Shown: positions 1-10,931 of the stretch, piece by piece
Layout of the letters: each line of letters opens with the position of its first letter
Position numbering within the stretch: the first letter of the stretch is position 1
NCBI GenBank assembly: GCA_965240325.2
Contig: OZ251224.1
Location: 3,348,001 to 3,412,000, forward strand
Origin: Rebecca billardiae RCC1528
Lineage: Eukaryota > Protista > Haptophyta
Direction: 5' to 3'
DNA: 64,000 bases
The notes under the pieces: generated by a model
Told to the model about the DNA's origin: nothing
Seen by the model: the letters and a program-made list of their open reading frames with translations, nothing else
Database searches by the model: none
Position numbers and translations under genes: made by a program

Positions 1-2
1 CC

Positions 3-680
3 GACTACGTGGCGCCGCTCAGCCTATGCCTCTCGTCGCGCGCTGGCGATGGCGTCGTGCTTCGCCGCGTGCTCTGCTCAGGCCCCACGCTCCGGCGCTG
101 GCTCGTCTTATACGCGTGCGCGATGCTGCTGGTCGCGGCCATGCCCTTGGTCGGCTTCGTCAGCGACGTGCTGGTCGTGCCTGGCCGGTGGTTGCGCGCT
201 GCGCTTGCTCTGCGGTGGTTTGGGGGAAGCTTCGCTGTGTACCTGCTGCTCACGGCGCCGCCACTCGGAGCGGTGTTGCGGGGCACGCTCACCTTCACTG
301 GTACCTCGCCGTCGCTGATGCAGCACGAACTTCTGACAGTGCTCGCTGTTCAAGCCTGCACGCAAGCGCTCATCCTGACTGCGCTCATCGGCTGGTTCGC
401 AGCGTACATCCGTGCTCGGCTTGCCTTCCCCCTCATGATCGCAGCGGTCGTGGTACCAAGCACTGGCGTTGTCATTGGCGTTGTCGTTGTCGTGGTCTCG
501 GTGCTCTCGAGCACACGGCGGCCAGGCAGCGCAGCGGCGGCAGTGCCGTTTGGCCACCATGGCTGGCTTGGCACTGCGTATGACACACCCATCCGCCTGG
601 TGACAAACGTCTGGCTCTGGCTATTCTTCCCTGTGAGTGCAGCGCTCCTACGCTGTGTCCATTCGCGCCGTGTGCTCTAA
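3..680 (+). CDS. 3' part of a multi-pass membrane protein, unknown family; begins before the window
   Basis: The frame is open from base 3 to TAA at 678-680, with several long hydrophobic segments (WLVLYACAMLLVAAMPLVGF, ALILTALIGWF, VVIGVVVVVVSVL, VWLWLFFPV). Confidence 0.55.
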   Translation, partial: DYVAPLSLCLSSRAGDGVVLRRVLCSGPTLRRWLVLYACAMLLVAAMPLVGFVSDVLVVPGRWLRAALALRWFGGSFAVYLLLTAPPLGAVLRGTLTFTGTSPSLMQHELLTVLAVQACTQALILTALIGWFAAYIRARLAFPLMIAAVVVPSTGVVIGVVVVVVSVLSSTRRPGSAAAAVPFGHHGWLGTAYDTPIRLVTNVWLWLFFPVSAALLRCVHSRRVL

Positions 681-784
681 GTTACAGGCCTGCGTTCGTA
701 AGTCATGATGTGTCAATATAACTGTGATATGTGTATATGTGTATGTCAGTGCATGTGTATCATAGAGAGAGAGAGAAGTGTGCT

Positions 785-792
785 GTAGTAGT

Positions 793-885
<93 letters not shown>
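785..885. repeat. (GTA)n followed by (GA)n microsatellite
   Basis: Read directly from the sequence. Confidence 0.95.
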
Positions 886-888
<3 letters not shown>

Positions 889-940
889 AGAGTTATTTAT
901 TCAACGACGTAGTTAGTCGTCGTGGTATATGCATGCAACG

Positions 941-1135
941 GGCAGGCGTCAGAGTCAGCAAGCTGTAGCAGCAGATCGGGCAGCAGGGACAAACACCAGG
1001 ATCATGCAGCGCTCCTCGCCGTCGTCTCCCCCCCCTCGTAGTCGCCCATCACTCCATCGCCGAGCGGAAGGCCGGAAGCCCGAAGCACCGTCAGGCGTCA
1101 GTCGACGTGCGCACCCCACCGCCGGGTGCACGCGC
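941..1135 (+). repeat. Dispersed ~200-bp repeat, copy A (copy B at ~46672-46872)
   Basis: Shared blocks GGCAGGCGTCAGAGTCA, GACAAACACCAGGATCA, GCGCTCCTCGCCGTCG, CCTCGTAGTCGCCCA and CTCCATCGCCGAGCGGAAG, in the same order in both copies. Confidence 0.8.
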
Positions 1136-1907
1136 GCCATAATACTGTAAATAAATGTACTGCTTGTAACTTATTCACGACTACGCGGCATGGCAGACGT
1201 CAGGCTGAGTGCACAGGCACATAGAATGCGTCCGCGCCTTCCGACCAGGTCAGGCAGTGCACCACCCGCAGCCCTGGGAACCCCCTACTGGAGCGGGGCA
1301 GGGATACCGGAGCAGCATTCCTTAGCACTACAGTATAGCAGTGCCCCTCCTAACTCAGTGACTCAGTCACTGTCAGCTCAGCCTCAGCACCCTGCCTCTG
1401 CCCGTGGGCGTGGGGCCTCACGCGGTGGCGACGGCACGGTGACGGTCAGTCAGCAGGGGTTCATCACACCGAGCAGGCTATAATAACTGCTTGTTTGTAC
1501 GTAGTAAGCTATATTATCCGGGGTACGTAGTTGGCAGTCTAACTCTGGCGTCCCTGCTGATGAGTGATGCTGGCGTGTCTGACGAGACGTGCCACGCCCA
1601 CTGCGCACTCGTGTCAACTCAAGTGGCGTCATGGCGTAGCCGTAACTAATACTACTACATATATATATATATATATAGAGCACATATATATATATATAGC
1701 TTTTTAAATTACTCCGACGTAGGCTCGAGTGCCATTATGACACTCGGCGTAGTACCGCCGTTAGTACCGTAGGGCGAGTCGGTCAATGTGAGTTATACTC
1801 ATCGTGAGTCGTAGTGAGTCGTGAGCTAGCAGTGTCGAGTGACTCGAGTGATTCGTCGACCGCTGCGGAGCTTACGGCACAGCGGCACTGATGTGCATAG
1901 CAGCAGC

Positions 1908-4900
1908 TCATGACACCACAGCAGGTGCCGGCGTCACTGGCGCAGGCACTGGGAAGATGCTGGCGGCGGCAGTCTCAGTGAGTCCAGCGCCGTCGTGATG
2001 CTGCCATGCGGCATCACGATCGCCGTGGTAGCCTTCGGCGGCATCGTAGGCATCGCCGCCGCGCCCGAGAGTGGTGGGGTCGGGAGCCTCGTGCGCCGGC
2101 ACCCCGCCGGCGTCGCCGCCAACAACCGTCTCATCGTCGTCTGACCAGCCGTCTGTGCCGTGGATGCGGTCATCCATCATGTCGGCATCCATCATGTCGA
2201 AGTCGGCGTCGGCGTCGCGACTGCCGCTGGGCGTCTCGGGCAGCGTGGCGACGCTCGCGGGCACGACGTGTGGTGTGGCATCATCACCGGCCGGCGCCGC
2301 ACTCGGCTCGCGCGCAGCCGGAGCGGCGGCGCGCGGCGCTGCAGCCGCGCGCCTGTCCTCTTCCCGCTTGGACGCGCGCGACGCGAGTATCGCGCGGAAC
2401 TCCTCGCTGAGCGCGACGATGCGCTGCAGCAGCCGATCGCGCTTGTTGCGCTCGACCTCGGCCGCGGAGAAGAGGTCCACCGCGCTGTACTTGAGCAGCT
2501 CGCCGCCGGTGCGCGTGCGCGGCGGCGGCGGCAGCGGCGGCGGAGGCGGCGGCGGCGACGGTGGCTCCTCCGTGAGCAGGTCAACATCAGCCGAGCGGCG
2601 GCGCTTGCGGTCCGGCGGGCCGTCGTCCGTGGCGCGCCATGGGACGAGCTGCACGTCGGCGCCCTCGTCGGCGGCGGGAGCGTCCAGGTTGATGGGCTCC
2701 ACGGCAGTGGGCGGCGCCCGCGGCTCCGGCTCGCGCGCCGGCGAGCTGACGTCGACGGCCACCGGCATCTGCTCGTCGTCGTCCGAGCCGACGAGGTCCA
2801 GCACGCACGCGGGCTGCGCGGCGCGGTGCGAAGCGGCGGCTTGCGCCATGCGCCGGGTCGTGACCTGTGGGCCCTGCTGAAAGGGCGAGGCCCAGTGCGC
2901 GGCTCGCGGCTCGGGCGCGCGGTGGCTCGATGCGCGCGCCGCGCGCTCGGCCGCAGCGTCGGCCGCGGCCGCCAAGGCCTCCTCGCGCTGGCGCGCGCGC
3001 GCTTTGCGCAGCATCGTGAGGACGCGTGCCCGCGTGGGCGGGTTTAGGATCAGCTTTTCCGCCGCCTCCGCGAGGAACAGACCGCAGTCGACGGAGTTGG
3101 TCTGCTTCGCGATCTCAAAGTCGACGAAGGGCATCCGCTGGAACGGCGGCGGCGGCACGCCCAGCTCCCGCCCGTACCCGCGCCGCGTCCACTCGCGCGT
3201 GAGCTGCTCGGCGATCACTCGGAGCGTCCAGCGCTTGCTCGCGCCGAGAGAATCCATGTAGAGCAAACACGAGGCGCACGACTCGTTGGGCGGCGCGCCG
3301 CGGTCGGGCAGATGGACCGCCTCGCGCGGGAACGCCACCACGACGAGCGCCCAGTGCAGCGCCTCGTGCACCGGGATCGCGATGAAGTCCTTCTCCAGCA
3401 GGTCGATGTTCTTCGTCCAGCGCGCCAGGCTGCCCGAGGGCGCGGCGGAACGGGACCGCGGCGCGGCGCCGGGAGCGGCGGCCGGCGCGGGCGCGCCCTC
3501 GGCGGGCAGCTTGCCGCTGTCCGCGCGCGCGCGCGGCAGCCAGAAGGAGGTGAGCACGTGCACCCGCGTCGGCTCGTTCCGCGCGGCCGCCGCCGCCGCC
3601 GCGTGCTCCTCCGCGTCCCGAAGGCAAAAGTCGACCAGAGAGTCGTTGAGGAACGTCGGGCCCTGCAGCCGGCTCACGTCGGCGCGCGAGAGCTCGACGC
3701 AGCGTGTCGCATTCTCATACAGCGGGAAGCGCAGGATGACCTCCGCGGCCTCGGCCGCGGAGAGCAGCGGCACGCGGCTTGGCGCGGGCCGCGCGCCGCC
3801 ATCCGCCCCGTCCAGGGCAACGACTTGCGGCGAGGCCGGCTCGGCGGCGGGGGCGCGCGCGGCGGTGCGCTCCCCAGCAAGGGCGACGACGAGCGGCGCG
3901 GCCGGAGGAGCGGCGGCGGGCGCCCTGGGCGCGGGCGCGCCGCTGGGCTCGGAGTCGTGGCTCATCACGTGCCACGCGGCGTGCTCGGAGGCGGGCGGCG
4001 GCGCGGTAGCGCCCGTCGGCCCGCGCCCCTTCAACGCCGCGTGGATGCTTGCCATCGGGTTGGGCACGGAATCGGCAAGGCGTCGCAAGCGCCTGTATAT
4101 CCGCTGCCCCTGCCCCGGCGCCGCCGCGGTCGCTGGGGCGGCCGCCAACGGAGCCAGCTCCTTGGCAGGGCTGCCGGCCTCCGCGGCGTCCGCTCCCTCC
4201 GACTCCAGCCCAGCGAGATCGACCACCTCGTCGTAGCGCGGCTCTCTGCGCCGCGTGGCGCCGCGCCGCTCCGCAGCGTCGGCCGGTCGCCGCCCGGGAG
4301 CGTCGGCCAGTGCGCGGCTGCCACCGCCTGGGGCATCGTCGTCGTCGATTGACGCGTGCGTCGCGGCGCGAGGCGAGTACGCGGTGAACGCGGGGAGAGG
4401 CGATCCGGGGCTCGAGCCGCCGCACCGCCACGGAGCCGCGTCGAGCCCGCCCTCCACCGGCGTGATGTACGCGGGCAGCGCGGGCACGCTCGCGGCGATG
4501 GGCAGCTCCTTGCGGCTGCTGCCCCCAGCCTGGTCCGCAAGCTCTTGGCACTGCTCCTGCACGTCTCTCCATGCCTGCGCGTCCTCGTCGTCCTCGGCCA
4601 CGTCGTCCTCCCACTCGACGTCACGGCACAGCTGGGCGCCCGAGTGGCCGTCGGGTGTGACGTGCTGCGTCTCTGCCCCCCGCAATGGCGGCGCTGGGCA
4701 CAGCTGCTCGCTCTCGCGCTCGCGCGGCTCCGCGGGTGCCGCGCGCTGCTGCGCACTCCCGCCTGGCATGCGCGGGGCAACCGGGGCGTCTTGCACGGAG
4801 CCGCCGATGAAGAGCGTCGGGCCCCGGGGCTCGTCCGGCAGGTCCTCGCGCGCGGGCGGGAGCGAGACTGGGCTGAGCCGAGGAGGCATCGGCGCCGAGC

Positions 4901-5708
4901 CGGCCACGCAGTTGGCAGCCGGTTGGCCACCGGAGAGGCCGGCCGCGCGCGAGCATCCTGCGGGCTCGCCGCCGCCTGGCGTCGGCACGGTGTGCAGCGG
5001 AGCTGGCGTCGCATGGTCGGCGTGGACGGCACCGAGCTCACTAGCGTCATCGGAAGAGAGGCTGTCCACGTCGATCAAGGCAGCCTTGCGCAGCCCACGC
5101 TTGGCCGTGGAGGCAGCTGGTGCATCGCCGCTGCGCGCTGCGGTTGCGCCACCCGCGCGCGCCACTGTCGCCAGGACATCTGCGGCCGACGGCATGGGGG
5201 CAGGCGGCCGCACGTCCGCTGAGCGCGCATTCTCACGCTCGGGCCGGAGCGCAGCGAGCACGTCGTCCCCAGCGCGCGCCACGGTGTGGTGGCGGCGCAC
5301 GCTGACGAGTGGCGCGGCCTCGGCCTCATCGTCATCCGAGAGGAGGCTGATGATCGGCTCCGACGCGATCGGCTCCGACGCGCTCGTGCGCGGGCGGCGT
5401 GAGGCTCCGGGCCTCGCACCGGCGTCGTATGCAGTGCTTCGCGAGCCCCCGGCCGCGCGTCCGCCTCGGCCCGAGTGGGACGAGGGCTTCTCTCGCCGCC
5501 TGCGCTTTGCGAGCGCCCGTGCGTCTTGCATGCTCTGGCCCGGCTCGTAGGAAGGATCATCATCCGAGTTGTTCCCGCCGCCGTCTTCGCTCTGATCGCT
5601 CGGGTACAGCCCATCCTCTGAATCCGATGGGTGGTGCATCCGCGCTTCCGCCGCCTCGGCGTGCCGGCCGCGGCGCTCGTCCCGCGCGCCCGCCTGGAGC
5701 TTGCGCAT
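1908..5708 (-). CDS. Ulp2/SENP6-7-like SUMO protease (peptidase C48)
   Basis: Motifs FLNDSLVDF, VHVLTSFW, WTKNIDLLEKDFIAIPVHEALHWALVVV (His), LLYMDSLG (Asp) and KQTNSVDCGLF (Gln/Cys). Long disordered arms carry SIM-like motifs. Confidence 0.9.
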   Translation of the reverse strand: MRKLQAGARDERRGRHAEAAEARMHHPSDSEDGLYPSDQSEDGGGNNSDDDPSYEPGQSMQDARALAKRRRREKPSSHSGRGGRAAGGSRSTAYDAGARPGASRRPRTSASEPIASEPIISLLSDDDEAEAAPLVSVRRHHTVARAGDDVLAALRPERENARSADVRPPAPMPSAADVLATVARAGGATAARSGDAPAASTAKRGLRKAALIDVDSLSSDDASELGAVHADHATPAPLHTVPTPGGGEPAGCSRAAGLSGGQPAANCVAGSAPMPPRLSPVSLPPAREDLPDEPRGPTLFIGGSVQDAPVAPRMPGGSAQQRAAPAEPRERESEQLCPAPPLRGAETQHVTPDGHSGAQLCRDVEWEDDVAEDDEDAQAWRDVQEQCQELADQAGGSSRKELPIAASVPALPAYITPVEGGLDAAPWRCGGSSPGSPLPAFTAYSPRAATHASIDDDDAPGGGSRALADAPGRRPADAAERRGATRRREPRYDEVVDLAGLESEGADAAEAGSPAKELAPLAAAPATAAAPGQGQRIYRRLRRLADSVPNPMASIHAALKGRGPTGATAPPPASEHAAWHVMSHDSEPSGAPAPRAPAAAPPAAPLVVALAGERTAARAPAAEPASPQVVALDGADGGARPAPSRVPLLSAAEAAEVILRFPLYENATRCVELSRADVSRLQGPTFLNDSLVDFCLRDAEEHAAAAAAARNEPTRVHVLTSFWLPRARADSGKLPAEGAPAPAAAPGAAPRSRSAAPSGSLARWTKNIDLLEKDFIAIPVHEALHWALVVVAFPREAVHLPDRGAPPNESCASCLLYMDSLGASKRWTLRVIAEQLTREWTRRGYGRELGVPPPPFQRMPFVDFEIAKQTNSVDCGLFLAEAAEKLILNPPTRARVLTMLRKARARQREEALAAAADAAAERAARASSHRAPEPRAAHWASPFQQGPQVTTRRMAQAAASHRAAQPACVLDLVGSDDDEQMPVAVDVSSPAREPEPRAPPTAVEPINLDAPAADEGADVQLVPWRATDDGPPDRKRRRSADVDLLTEEPPSPPPPPPPLPPPPRTRTGGELLKYSAVDLFSAAEVERNKRDRLLQRIVALSEEFRAILASRASKREEDRRAAAAPRAAAPAAREPSAAPAGDDATPHVVPASVATLPETPSGSRDADADFDMMDADMMDDRIHGTDGWSDDDETVVGGDAGGVPAHEAPDPTTLGRGGDAYDAAEGYHGDRDAAWQHHDGAGLTETAAASIFPVPAPVTPAPAVVS

Positions 5709-5879
5709 TGCTCAAAGCGTGCGCTGATCAAGAGTGCTCCGCTCGCGAGCCGGTGGCTGCCCACGGCGAGTTAGACCAGTGCGAGTTTTGCCCTGTCCAG
5801 CCGGACGGACACCCACTGTCGCGATGGCGTGATCAAGAGCAAGTCCGGTCACGCGAGCTCGGCCGCACCGATTCTCAGC

Positions 5880-6908
5880 ATGGGGCGGCCCGCTCTCGGC
5901 CGGGCGTGGAGCACCATCGTGGTGACGGCCGCACTTGCGTCCGGTGCGTCCGCGTGGGCCTCTCCGCGTCCCTACGCATCGCATGCAGTCTCCACGCCTG
6001 CGGGCTCCGTGCTCTCCCCGCCGAATCGGGCGCGGACCTGGCCGGTGCGCGCGATGGTGAGCATGGCCTCTGCGCCTGTGCGCGCCGCTGCCAAGGCGAG
6101 GCTACTGGCGGCAATCGAGCGCTTTGACGCGGCAAAAGCGGCGTCGCCTACGGATGGCGTGCCCGTAGACTTTGGCGTGCGTGGCGGCGAGCTCGACGCC
6201 GAGACGGGGCGACCCGTCAACCTCCTCGAGCGCCTGAGTGCCGTGTCGCCAGAGCTCGAGTCGGCCGCGCGAGAGGCTGTGGCAGCGGCGGAGGCGCTCG
6301 AGCCGCTCAACCCCACGCCAGATGCGACCCAATTCTTTGGGACGGCGGAGGGCGCTCTCTGCCCGCTGCACGGCTCGTGGGCGCTGCAGTTCACCACCGC
6401 CGCCGACGCCTCGTTCTCGGCCAACTCGACACGCGGCGCTGCGACGACCGCCCAGTTTGTGGACGCCGTGCGAGGGCGCATCATCAACCAGATCGACTTC
6501 AGCGGTCCGAGCTCGCCGCTGCGTCAGCTGCGCGTGGTCGTCGGCGCGAGCGCCGAGTCCGCACGGCGCGTCGCGCTGGACTTCCGCTACGCCGTCGCGC
6601 ACGTGCGCCGCCTCTTTGGCCTGCCCGTGGGCGCGCGCCTCTACTTGCCTCTCTTCCTCCTCTTCGGCCTCGCGCGGCTGATCGCCGCCGTGGCGCGCGC
6701 TTTTGGCCGCGGCAGCGCGGGCCGCGCGCGCGTTGGCGCGTGCTTCGACGTCATCTACCTGGACGACGAGCTGCGCTGCCACCGCACGGGTGAGGGTAAC
6801 CTCTTTGTGCAGCTGCGTCCAGCAGCGGCGGCGGCGCGTGCCCGCGCCAAGGCTGCACAGCTGCGAGGTGCAGGCCCGCCAGACGAGCAGGCTCTGGTCA
6901 CAGGCTAA
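5880..6908 (+). CDS. Plastid lipid-associated protein / fibrillin family
   Basis: AKARLLAAI, LEPLNPTP, LHGSWALQFTT and FDVIYLDDELRCHRTGEGNLFV. First in-frame ATG is at 5880, followed by a signal-peptide-like stretch ending ASA-W. Confidence 0.85.
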   Translation: MGRPALGRAWSTIVVTAALASGASAWASPRPYASHAVSTPAGSVLSPPNRARTWPVRAMVSMASAPVRAAAKARLLAAIERFDAAKAASPTDGVPVDFGVRGGELDAETGRPVNLLERLSAVSPELESAAREAVAAAEALEPLNPTPDATQFFGTAEGALCPLHGSWALQFTTAADASFSANSTRGAATTAQFVDAVRGRIINQIDFSGPSSPLRQLRVVVGASAESARRVALDFRYAVAHVRRLFGLPVGARLYLPLFLLFGLARLIAAVARAFGRGSAGRARVGACFDVIYLDDELRCHRTGEGNLFVQLRPAAAAARARAKAAQLRGAGPPDEQALVTG

Positions 6909-7015
6909 CGGCAATGCATGGGCCTCCGCCGCAACGTTGTTGCTGGCGCACGAGTCGCTTGAATGAAATATTATATTCGATCATAGTATGTGCACCGTAG
7001 TTACATTGATGTATG

Positions 7016-7018
<3 letters not shown>

Positions 7019-7059
<41 letters not shown>
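7019..7059. repeat. (TA)n microsatellite
   Basis: Read directly from the sequence. Confidence 0.95.
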
Positions 7060-7060
<1 letters not shown>

Positions 7061-7150
7061 GCATAGTCCGAGATTACCGATTCATCACAGTCGAGTTCCG
7101 CAATACCGTTCCGCATTCATTGACATCGTATACTGTAGTAGCAGAGTATA

Positions 7151-7282
7151 TATAGATATAGATATAGATATAGATATAGATATAGATATAGATATAGATA
7201 TAGATATAGATATAGATATAGATATAGATATAGATATAGATATAGATATAGATATAGATATAGATATAGATATAGATATAGA
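7151..7282. repeat. (GATATA)n hexanucleotide microsatellite, about 22 units
   Basis: Read directly from the sequence. Confidence 0.95.
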
Positions 7283-7643
7283 GTCGTTGCTTTCAATAAT
7301 GCTTCGCGTGACAGTCCGGGACTGCTGCGCCGCAGGGCGGCACGGGCTTCGCCGTTCGCGCGCAGCTAGACTGCTAGTGCAGCAGCGGCGGCCGCATCAC
7401 CATCCGCCCGATCCGCCGCACTCCGCGCAGCATCCGCGCGCCCGGCGTGGCACCGCCGCGTGGCCGGGCGGCGGGGGGTCAGGGCGGGGCAATGGGCCAT
7501 ATCATTCGGACCGTAGTGACCGTGGATGGACGGCAGCGTCATATCGAGCTATCAGCAGCGCTCGCAAACGGCAGGCCGGACAAATTCTGCTGCTGAGCAC
7601 AAGGGCAGGCTCAGTGGTGGCGTGCTGGACTCCCAGAGGATGC

Positions 7644-8908
7644 TCAGGGCGAAAACGGGTTGCTGTCGCGCCTGTGCGGCATGGCGTGCGTCGGCATGAC
7701 GGGCAACGCCAGCACGCACCGCCGCAGGTAGTGCACAGACTCGAGCTCGTCGGCGAGCGCGCGCGCCTCGCCCGACGCCACGCCCAGCATGCGGCCCCAG
7801 ACGGGGCGCTCGTCGAGTGCGGCGACCTGCGCCTCGATCGCGAGCTCGATGGAGTTGATCGTCGCGAGCAGGTCGTGCAGAACGGGCTTGATCTCCGACG
7901 CGCTCACCACGTTGTCCGCGCTCTCGCTCCCCTTAGAGAGCACCTCGGTGAGCTTCTCGCGCGCCCTCTTGAGCGCGGTGACGTGGCCGCTCACGCGGCC
8001 GGGACGATCGGAGCCGCTGCGGCCGCTCGCCTCGCGCTTCGCCTGCTCGGAGTTCGACCACGTCAGGTAGACGGAGCTCCGCGTGCGGGAGCGCTCGTGC
8101 GCGAGGATGATGTCCACCTGCCGCACGATCGGACGCAGCACGCCCGGCGCGTCCGCGAGGAAGAGCACGTCGTACAGGACCTGCCAGCCGGCGCCAGCGC
8201 GCGCGCAGCACGGGCCGACGCCAGGGCACCAATCAGAGGCCGCGCGCCCGGTCGACCGTGTCGCGGATCAGTGCGAGGCGACACGGCGGCGGGGGCACGG
8301 CGTGCGCGGGCGCGCACCTGCGGCAGCACGGTGCGCAGCCACGTGCGGTTGAGTAAGCTCATCAGCCACTCCGGCTCCTCGTCGAGCATGCAGAACAGCG
8401 ACGTCATCCACACGAGCACCGGCCAGCTGGCCTGCGTGACGATCCACGCGAGGTCGCGCGGGTTGAGCTGCATGACGCGGCGTAGGAAGAACGCCGAGAG
8501 CACGTACGCCACGCTGCCCGTGAGCATGTACGCGCCGCCCATCGTGAGCAGGCCGAGCGCGGCGAGCGGCGGCCGGCCCTCGCCCTTCCTGTACTGGACG
8601 AGGGCGACCCCCGCGACGGTGGAGATGATGGCGTTCCGGCCCCAGCTGAGGAAGTTGTTCTCGTGCGAGAGGCGCAGGCTCCACGCGACCTGCTTCTGCG
8701 CGCTCGTCGTGTCTTTCTGGGCCAGCTGCGCGACGTGAGATGCGACCTCCGCCGCGAGCCTGTGAGTCGCGGGCGTAGCCGCCGCCGAGGCCAGCCATCG
8801 AGGCCCGGCACGTGCGCAAGCGACAGCGCATCTGCCCGTTGGTGCGTGGGCAGGCGCAGGCACATGCGCGCGCCCAAAGGACGCAGCTCGCAGTGCGTGC
8901 AGCAGCAT
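7644..8908 (-). CDS. TMEM160/DUF202-like membrane protein, probably mitochondrial; exons 8908-8318 and 8180-7644
   Basis: AWSLRLSHENNFLSWGRNAIISTVAGV plus three TM segments and an Arg/Ala-rich N-terminus. The phase-0 intron GTGCGC...GCAG (8317-8181) joins two track ORFs in frame. Confidence 0.7.
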
Positions 8909-9080
8909 CGCCGAGCGGTTCGACGACGCGGCGGAGCGCGCGGGTTCGTCGCCTCGAGAGTGCGTCCCCCGTTGGTATTGTACCCGTATTAGTACTGCTG
9001 AAACCGTGTAACCGTATCCACACTGTAACTCTGCGCAGGCTGACAGGCACGACTCGGTTTATTCAACCCGCATCGTGATG

Positions 9081-9491
9081 TCATCGCACGAGGCTCAGAT
9101 GCGCCGCCGACACGCTCTCGCCGCCGGCTCGCGGCGCGCCAGCGCCCGCTCCTGGCAGCCCCGTCGCGGGCAGCTGCGACGGGGCCTCGCGCCTCACGAA
9201 GGCAGCCATGCCGGCCGCCAGGTCGGACGGTCGGAGGTGCGCGTCGGCGACAAGCCTCACCGCCTCATCGCGCGCACGGAGCCGGCTGCGCGGCCTGGCG
9301 CTCGGCGACGCCTCCGCGGCGTACGCGGCTTCGTACCCACCTCCGCCGCCCGGTGCATGCGCCGCCGGCTCACGTGGCGGCGCTGGCCGCACGCGCTCTG
9401 CCACGGCTGTCCGGCGATGCACCCCGCCGCCACTCGCTTCGGCCTGCGGGTCTGCGGCCGCGCCCTGCTGCGCGCTCCCGGCACCGCTGCC

Positions 9492-9524
<33 letters not shown>

Positions 9525-10535
9525 CGCGGCATGGGCCCGTCCGCCGCGCGGCTGGGCTCCTGGCACCGCGGGTAGCCTCGCCTCCGCGCCACCGTGAAGC
9601 CCGCCCGTCGCCGTGGGGACGAAGCCCGCCGGACCATGCCGCCGCGAGTGCTGGCCGCGCCCCGGCCGCCCAGCGGTCGCGCCGCCCGCGCCCGTCCCGC
9701 GCAGCGTGGTCCCGAGCGGCCCGGATGTGACGTACTCCTCGAGCGCGCGCGATTGCGCCTCGGCCTCGCTCCGCGCACGCCGCTCCCGCTGCAGCGCCGC
9801 CGTGCGCGCCGCGCTGTCCGCCGCCAGCTCGTCCAGCCGCCGCTCGAACTGAGTGGCCCGCATGCGCGCCCGCGTCAGTTGCGCCTCCAGCCGCGCCTCG
9901 CGCTCCGCGCCGAGCGCGAGGCGGCGCTCGCGCTCGGCGATCTGGCCCTCGCGCTCGCGCACGGCCTCCCACGCCTCCTCCGCCCGGCGCGCCTCCTCCG
10001 CCATCTCGCCGCGCAGCGCCTCCGCGCTCTGCCATGCGCTGACGATCCGTTCTCGCAGGTGCATCTCGACGCGCTTCGCGACCGCGAGCCGGAACGGGAT
10101 GGCGCGGTTGCGGTGCGAGAGGATGAGCACGCCGGCGGTGTTCCTGGCGCGTGCAGAGAGAAAGAGCCGCACGGCGTACAGCGTGCCCGCCGCCTTCGCG
10201 CCGAACGCCAGCCGCTGCGTCTCGGCGCGCAGCTCGGCTAGCTCCACGTCAGCCTCAGCGAGCGCGCTCGTGAGCGCGGCGCGCAGCGCGGCGGCCTCGC
10301 GGCGCGAGCCGACGAGCTGCGCGTGAGCGCGCTCAGCAGACTGCTGCGCCTTCCACAGCGCCTTCTCCGCCGCCTGCCCCTCCTGCAGCTTCGCGCGCTC
10401 GAGCGAGGCGACCTGCGCCTGCAGCTTCAGGATTGTGTTCTGCTGCTCCTGCGCGAGGACCGCGTGGGAGATCTCGAGTGCGTCGGCGGATTCGTGCTCG
10501 GGGAGGTGGACGTGTGCCATGGATGTGCGCCGCAT
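9081..10535 (-). CDS. Coiled-coil protein of unknown function
   Basis: Long E/R/A/Q heptad-like stretches and GC3-rich codon use. First in-frame ATG is at 10535; the start is uncertain. Confidence 0.55.
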
Positions 10536-10931
10536 GGCGCGCGCCCCCTCGCGCGCCTCGGGCGCCACGGTGTCCGCCGGGAGGGCCTGCCGGCCCCGGA
10601 TGCCAGCTTGGGCAGCTTGTTGCACGGCTTGCGCCCACTGTCGAGCAGCAGTCGAGCTGCGACCTGCTCCGAAGATAACGAATTTCCGCTCTCAGCCTCT
10701 CTGACAGGCTATTAATCACCAAGCGATCCCGTCATCCCGACAAGTCATCCCATATTGCACTTCCGAGGGGCCGACCAATCAACGCCGAGCCCAACGCTGA
10801 GAAGTTCTCGTCGAGATCGGCAGATCCCGCTCTACAAGCCCGCGCACAAATCAATTGCAGGCGGCCACAGCGGCGGTGCCTCCATCACACGGGCAGGCGC
10901 GTGAGGCGACGCGCGCGCCCGAATCGAGCGG

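Noticed and set aside
731-916. ORF with poly-ER
   Set aside because: It is the translation of the (GA)n microsatellite.
6990-8738. 582-aa plus-strand ORF with IY and DI repeats
   Set aside because: It runs through microsatellites and then antisense to the TMEM160-like gene, a shadow ORF caused by high GC.
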